Shown here: positions 57,901-64,000 of the stretch, piece by piece | Numbering within the stretch: the first letter of the stretch is position 1 | Layout of the letters: the number at the start of each line of letters is the position of its first letter | From: Eledone cirrhosa | Taxonomy: Eukaryota | Direction of reading: 5' to 3' | NCBI GenBank assembly: GCA_964016885.1 | Contig: OZ024744.1 | Span: 10,354,001 to 10,418,000 of the forward strand | DNA length: 64,000 bases | Notes under the pieces: generated by a model | The model's database searches: none | What the model was told of the DNA's origin: nothing | The model's input: the letters and a program-made list of their open reading frames with translations, nothing else | Translations under genes and position numbers: made by a program

Positions 57901-60900
57901 ATTGTACTCCAATATTTCGTGTTGCTGTACTCCAATATGTCATGGTGTTGTACTTCAATATGTCGTATTGTTGTACTCCAATATGTTGTGTTGTTGTTCT
58001 CCAATATGTCGTGTTGTTATACTCCAATATGTTATGATGTTGGACTCCAATATATTGTGTTGTTGTACTCCAATATGTTGTGATTTTGTAATCCAATATG
58101 TAATGTTGTTATACTCCAATATGTCTTGTTATAGTCCAATATGTCGTGTTGTTGTACTCCAATATGTCATGTTGTTGTACTCCAATATTTCGTGTTGCTG
58201 TACCCCAATATGTCGTGTTGATTATACTCCAATTTTTGTTGCTGTTGTACTCCAATATGTTGTGTTGTTGTACTCCAATATGTTGTGTTGTTATTCTCCA
58301 ATATGTTGTGCTGTTGTACTCCAATGTGTTATGTTGTTATACTCCAATATGTTGTGCTGTGATACTCCAATATGTTGTGTTGTTGTACTCCAATCTGTTG
58401 TGTTGTTATACTCCAATATGTTGTGTTGTTATACTCCAATATGTTGTGTTGTTTTACTCCAATATGTTTTGTTGTTGTACTCCAATATGTTGTGTTGTTG
58501 TACTCCAATATGTTGTGTTGTTGTAATCCAATATCTTGTGTTGTTATACTCCAATATGTTGTGTTGTTGTACTCCAATATGTTGTGTTGTTGTTCTCCAA
58601 TATGTCGTGTTGTTATACTCCAATATGTTGTGTTATCATACTCCAATATGTTGTGCTGTTGTACTCCAATATGTTGTGTTGTTATACTCCAATATGTAGT
58701 TTTGTTATACTCCAATATGTTTTGTTGTTGTACTCCAATCTGTTGTGTTGTTATACTCCAATATGTTGTGTTGTTATACTCCAATATGTTGTGTTGTTTT
58801 ACTCCAATATGTTGTGTTGTTGTACTCCAATATGTTGTGTTGTTGTACTCCAATATATCATGTTGTCGTACTCCAATATGTCATGTTATACTCCAATATG
58901 TCGTTGTTATACTCCAATATGTCATGATGTTGTACTCCAATATGTCGTGTTCTTGTACTCCAATATGTCGTGTTGTCGTACTCCAATATGTTGTGTTGTT
59001 GTACTCCAATATGTTGTGTTGTTGTACTCCAATATGTTGTGTTGTTATACTCCAATATGTTGTGCTGTTGTACTCCAATATTTCGTGTTGTTGTACTCCA
59101 ATACATCGTGTTGTACTCCAATATGTTGTGTTGTTGTTGTACTCCAATATGTTTTGATGTTGTACTCCAATATGTTGTGTTGTTGTACTCCAATATGTTG
59201 TGTAGTCATACTCCAATACGTTGTGTTGTTGTACTCCAATATGATGTGATGTTGTACTCCAATATGATGTGCTGTTGTACTCCAATGCGTTGTGTTGTTG
59301 TACTCCAATGTGTTGTGTTGTTATACTCCAATATGTTGTGTTGTTATACTCCAATATGTTGTGTTGTTGTACTCCAATATGTTGTGTTGTTGTACTCCAA
59401 TATGTTGTGTTGTTGTAATCCAATATCTTGTGTTGTTATACTCCAATATGTTGTGTTGTTGTACTCCAATATGTTGTATTGTTGTTCTCCAATATGTCAT
59501 GTTATACTCCAATATGTTGTGTTCGTGTACTCCAATATTTTGTGATATTGTACGCCAATATGTTGTGTTGTTGTACTCCAATATGTTGTGTTGTTATACT
59601 CCAATATGTTGTGTTGTTGTACTCCAATATGTTGTTGTACTCCAACATGTTGTGTTGTTGTACTCCAATATGTAGTGTTGTTTTACTCCAATATGTTGTG
59701 TTGTTGTACTCCAATATATAGTGTTGTTGTACTCCAATATGTTGTGTTGTTGTACTCCAATATGTTGTGCTGTTGTACTCCAATATGTTGTGTTGTTATA
59801 CTCCAATATGTTGTGTTGTTATACTCCAATAAGTTGTGTTGTTTTACTCCAATATGTTGTGTTGTTATACTCCAGTATGTTGTGTTGTTGTACTCCAATA
59901 TGTTGTGTTGTTATACTCCAATATGTTGTGTTATATTACTCCAATATGTTGTGTTGTTGTACTCCAATATGTTGTGTTGTTGTAATCCAATATCTTGTGT
60001 TGTTATACTCCAATATGTTGTGTTGTTGTACTCCAATATGTTGTGTTGTTGTTCTCCAATATGTTGTGTTGTTATACTCCAATATGTTGTGTTGTGATAT
60101 TCCAATATGTTGTGCTGTTGTACTCCAATATTTTGAGTTGTTATACTCCAATATGTAGTGTTGTTATACGCCAATATGTTGTGTTGTTGTACTCCAATCT
60201 GTTGTGTTATACTCCAATATGTTGTGTTGTTATACTCCAATATGTTGTGCTGTTGTACTCCAATATGTTGTGTTGTACTCCAATATGTTGTTTTGTTATA
60301 CTCCAATATGTTGTGTTGTTGTACTCCAATATGTTGTGTTGTTGTACTCCAATATGTGATGTTGTTGTACTCCAATATGTCGTGATGTTGTACTCCAATA
60401 TGTTGTGTTGTTATACTCCAATATTTCGTGTTGTTTTACTCCAATATGTCATGTTGTTGTACTCCAATATTTCGTGTTGCTGTACTCCAATATGTCATGG
60501 TGTTGTACTTCAATATGTCGTATTGTTGTACTCCAATATGTTGTGTTGTTGTTCTCCAATATGTCGTGTTGTTATACTCCAATATGTTATGATGTTGGAC
60601 TCCAATATATTGTGTTGTTGTACTCCAATATGTTGTTTTTGTAATCCAATATGTAATGTTGTTATACTCCAATATGTCTTGTTATAGTCCAATATGTCGT
60701 GTTGTTGTACTCCAATATGTCATGTTGTTGTACTCCAATATTTCGTGTTGTTGTACCCCAATATGTCGTGTTGATTATACTCCAATTTTTGTTGCTGTTG
60801 TACTCCAATATGTTGTGTTGTTGTACTCCAATATGTTGTGTTGTTATTCTCCAATATGTTGTGCTGTTGTACTCCAATGTGTTATGTTGTTATACTCCAA

Positions 60901-63900
60901 TATGTTGTGCTGTGATACTCCAATATGTTGTGTTGTTGTACTCCAATCTGTTGTGTTGTTATACTCCAATATGTTGTGTTGTTATACTCCAATATGTTGT
61001 GTTGTTTTACTCCAATATGTTTTGTTGTTGTACTCCAATATGTTGTGTTGTTGTACTCCAATATGTTGTGTTGTTGTAATCCAATATCTTGTGTTGTTAT
61101 ACTCCAATATGTTGTGTTGTTGTACTCCAATATGTTGTGTTGTTGTTCTCCAATATGTCGTGTTGTTATACTCCAATATGTTGTGTTATCATACTCCAAT
61201 ATGTTGTGCTGTTGTACTCCAATATGTTGTGTTGTTGTACTCCAATATGTAGTTTTGTTATACTCCAATATGTTTTGTTGTTGTACTCCAATCTGTTGTG
61301 TTGTTATACTCCAATATGTTGTGTTGTTATACTCCAATATGTTGTGTTGTTTTACTCCAATATGTTGTGTTGTTGTACTCCAATATGTTGTGTTGTTGTA
61401 CTCCAATATATCATGTTGTCGTACTCCAATATGTCATGTTATACTCCAATATGTCGTTGTTATACTCCAATATGTCATGATGTTGTACTCCAATATGTCG
61501 TGTTCTTGTACTCCAATATGTCGTGTTGTCGTACTCCAATATGTTGTGTTGTTGTACTCCAATATGTTGTGTTGTTGTACTCCAATATGTTGTGTTGTTA
61601 TACTCCAATATGTTGTGCTGTTGTACTCCAATATTTCGTGTTGTTGTACTCCAATACATCGTGTTGTACTCCAATATGTTGTGTTGTTGTTGTACTCCAA
61701 TATGTTTTGATGTTGTACTCCAATATGTTGTGTTGTTGTACTCCAATATGTTGTGTAGTCATACTCCAATACGTTGTGTTGTTGTACTCCAATATGATGT
61801 GATGTTGTACTCCAATATGATGTGCTGTTGTACTCCAATGCGTTGTGTTGTTGTACTCCAATCTGTTGTGTTATACTCCAATATGTTGTGTTGTTATACT
61901 CCAATATGTTGTGTTGTTATACTCCAATATGTTGTGTTGTTGTACTCCAATATGTTGTATTGTTGATCTCCAATAAGTTGTGTTCTTGTACTCCAATATA
62001 TTGTGTTGTTGTACTCCAATATGTTGTGTTTTTGTAATCCAATATGTAATGTTGTTGTACTCCAATACATCGTGTTGTACTCCAATATGTTGTGTTGTTG
62101 TTGTAATCCAATATCTTGTGTTGTTATACTCCAATATGTTGTGTTGTTATACTCCAATATGTTGTATTGTTGATCTCCAATAAGTTGTGTTCTTGTACTC
62201 CAATATATTGTGTTGTTGTACTCCAATATGTTGTGTTGTTGTACTCCAATATATCATGTTGTCGTACTCCAATATGTCATGTTATACTCCAATATGTCGT
62301 TGTTATACTCCAATATGTCATGATGTTGTACTCCAATATGTCGTGTTCTTGTACTCCAATATGTCGTGTTGTCGTACTCCAATATGTTGTGTTGTTGTAC
62401 TCCAATATGTTGTGTTGTTGTACTCCAATATGTTGTGTTGTTATACTCCAATATGTTGTGCTGTTGTACTCCAATATTTCGTGTTGTTGTACTCCAATAC
62501 ATCGTGTTGTACTCCAATATGTTGTGTTGTTGTTGTAATCCAATATCTTGTGTTGTTATACTCCAATATGTTGTGTTGTTATACTCCAATATGTTGTGTT
62601 GTGATACTCCAATATGTTGTGCTGTTGTACTCCAATATGTTGAGTTGTTATACTCCAATATGTAGTGTTGTTATACTCCAATATGTTGTGTTGTTGTACT
62701 CCAATATGTTGTATTGTTGATCTCCAATAAGTTGTGTTCTTGTACTCCAATATATTGTGTTGTTGTACTCCAATATGTTGTGTTTTTGTAATCCAATATG
62801 TAATGTTGTTGTACTCCAATATGTCTTGTTATATTCCAATATGTCGTGTTGTTGTACTCCAATATGTCATGTTGTTGTACTCCAATATTTCTTGTTGTTG
62901 TACCCCAATATGTCGTGTTGATTATACTCCAATTTTTGTTGCTGTTGTACTCCAATATGTTGTGTTGTTGTACTCCAATATGTTGTGTTGTTGTACTCCA
63001 ATATGTTGTGTTGTTGTACTCCAATATGTTGTGTTGTTATTCTCCAATATGTTGTGCTGTTGTACTCCAATGTGTTATGTTGTTATACTCCAATATGTTG
63101 TGCTGTGATACTCCAATATGTTGTGTTGTTGTACTCCAATCTGTTGTGTTGTAATACTCCAATATGTTATGTTGTTTTACTCCAATATGTTGTGTTGTTG
63201 TACTCCAATATGTTGTGTTGTTGTACTCCAATATGTTGTGTTGTTGTAATCCAATATGTTGTGTTGTTATACTCCAATATGTTGTGTTGTTGTTCTCCAA
63301 TATGTCGTGTTGTTATACTCCAATATGTTGTGTTATGATACTCCAATATGTTGTGCTGTTGTACTCCAATATGTTGTGTTGTTATACTCCAATATGTAGT
63401 GTTGTTATACTCCAATATGTTGTGTTGTTGTACTCCAATCTGTTGTGTTGTTATACTCCAATATGTTGTGTTGTTATACTCCAATATGTAGTGTTGTTAT
63501 ACTCCAATATGTTGTGTTGTTGTACTCCAATCTGTTGTGTTGTTATACACCAATATGTTGTGTTGTTATACTCCAATATGTTGTGTTGTTTTACTCCAAT
63601 ATGTTGTGTTGCTGTACTCCAATATGTTGTGTTGTTGTACTCCAATATGTTGTGCTGCTGTACTCCAATATATTGTGTTATACTCCAATATGTTGTGTTG
63701 TTGTACTCCAATATGTTGTGTTGTTGTAATCCAAAATGTTGTGTTGTTATACTCCAATATGTTGTGTTGTAATACTCCAATATGTTGTGCTCCAATATGT
63801 TGTGTTATACTCCAATGTGTTGTGTTCTTGTACTCCAATATGAAGTGTTGTAATACTCCAATATGTAGTGCTGTTGTTATACTCCAATATGTTGTGTTAT

Positions 63901-64000
63901 AATCCAATGTGTTGTGTTGTTGTACTCAAATCTGTTGTGTTGTTATACTCCAATCTGTTGTGTTGTTATACTGCAATATGTTGTGTTGTTATACTCCAAT
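51971..64000 (+). repeat. Diverged, rearranged layer of the same satellite: same sub-blocks, different order, private variants
   Basis: The same diagnostic monomers occur but are not collinear with the 11.7-kb unit. Private variants include CAATAAT (~52404), TATTCTG (~53419), TTTAGTGC (~54998 and ~56007), ATAACTTG (~56888), TATCATACTCC (~58634 and ~61186) and TACACCAAT (~63546). Confidence 0.75.
57680..61860 (+). repeat. Local duplication with ~2,553-bp spacing (57.7-59.3 kb matches 60.2-61.9 kb)
   Basis: ORF pairs 58146/60699, 58372/60925 and 58858/61411 all have offset 2553. Both copies share the private TATCATACTCC variant. Confidence 0.85.

Larger units (their letters stand above)
1..64000 (+). 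repeat. 23-bp tandem satellite array, consensus ACTCCAATATGTTGTGTTGTT(G/A)T, running off both ends of the window
   Basis: The ACTCCAAT core recurs about every 23 bp from start to end in one orientation. Most monomers carry 0-3 substitutions. Length variants of 15, 18, 20, 21, 22, 24 and 26 bp occur, with 20 bp (loss of one GTT) the most frequent. Confidence 0.99.

Noticed and set aside
44-63907. Hundreds of Cys/Val/Leu-rich (+) and Thr/Gln/Asn-rich (-) ORFs up to 515 aa, superficially like metallothioneins, keratin-associated proteins or mucins
   Set aside because: The 23-bp unit has no + strand stop codon and is not a multiple of 3, so all three frames give the same 23-aa repeat. Frameshifting monomers (20, 22 bp) and stop variants are scattered freely, and there are no unique domains or signs of codon-level constraint.
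1-64000. CRISPR array (23-bp repeat with partial dyad)
   Set aside because: The repeats are directly adjacent with no unique spacers, and there is no leader or cas gene.
1-64000. CCAAT box in every monomer as a promoter element
   Set aside because: The context CTCCAATATG does not fit the NF-Y preference for purines before CCAAT, and no gene or transcription start is nearby. A 5-mer match alone is not evidence.
1-64000. Telomerase-synthesised telomere tract or G-quadruplex array
   Set aside because: There are no G-runs, the tract is very long, and variant order is inherited in multi-kb blocks, which indicates DNA-level duplication rather than templated addition.
1-64000. Small-RNA or guide cassette array, or a diversity-generating variable repeat system
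   Set aside because: The unit length resembles small RNAs, but variants are ordinary point changes copied in blocks. There is no hypervariable window, no inverted arm for a dsRNA precursor and no associated enzyme gene. It cannot be supported without small-RNA data.
1-64000. Sequencing or low-complexity artefact
   Set aside because: Rare multi-base variants recur exactly and collinearly over many kb, which random error would not produce. Exact copy number and order could still be misassembled.

Overview
The whole 64-kb window is one uninterrupted head-to-tail satellite array of a 23-bp monomer (consensus ACTCCAATATGTTGTGTTGTTRT, about 2,800 copies, about 35% GC, T/G-rich on the + strand). 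I see no unique sequence, inversion, transposon, RNA gene or credible protein-coding gene. All listed ORFs are by-products of a monomer with no stop codon on the + strand: 3 monomers give the 23-aa repeat LLYSNMLCCCTPICCVVVLQYVV. The information is in the order of variant monomers, which shows nested higher-order structure: (1) diverged 3-4 kb sub-blocks; (2) a ~11.7-kb higher-order repeat (HOR) of about 500 monomers, present as 2 near-complete and 4 partial copies between 1 and ~52 kb; (3) a very recent ~16-kb tandem duplication; (4) junctions between paralogous sub-blocks; (5) length-neutral overwrites in which ~4 monomers are replaced by copies of monomers 6-9 units downstream; and (6) a more diverged, shuffled layer from ~52 to 64 kb. 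It is most likely eukaryotic centromeric, pericentromeric or subtelomeric heterochromatin. I do not recognise the satellite family or the organism. Coordinates and offsets were read by eye and from identical ORF translations, so boundaries are approximate.
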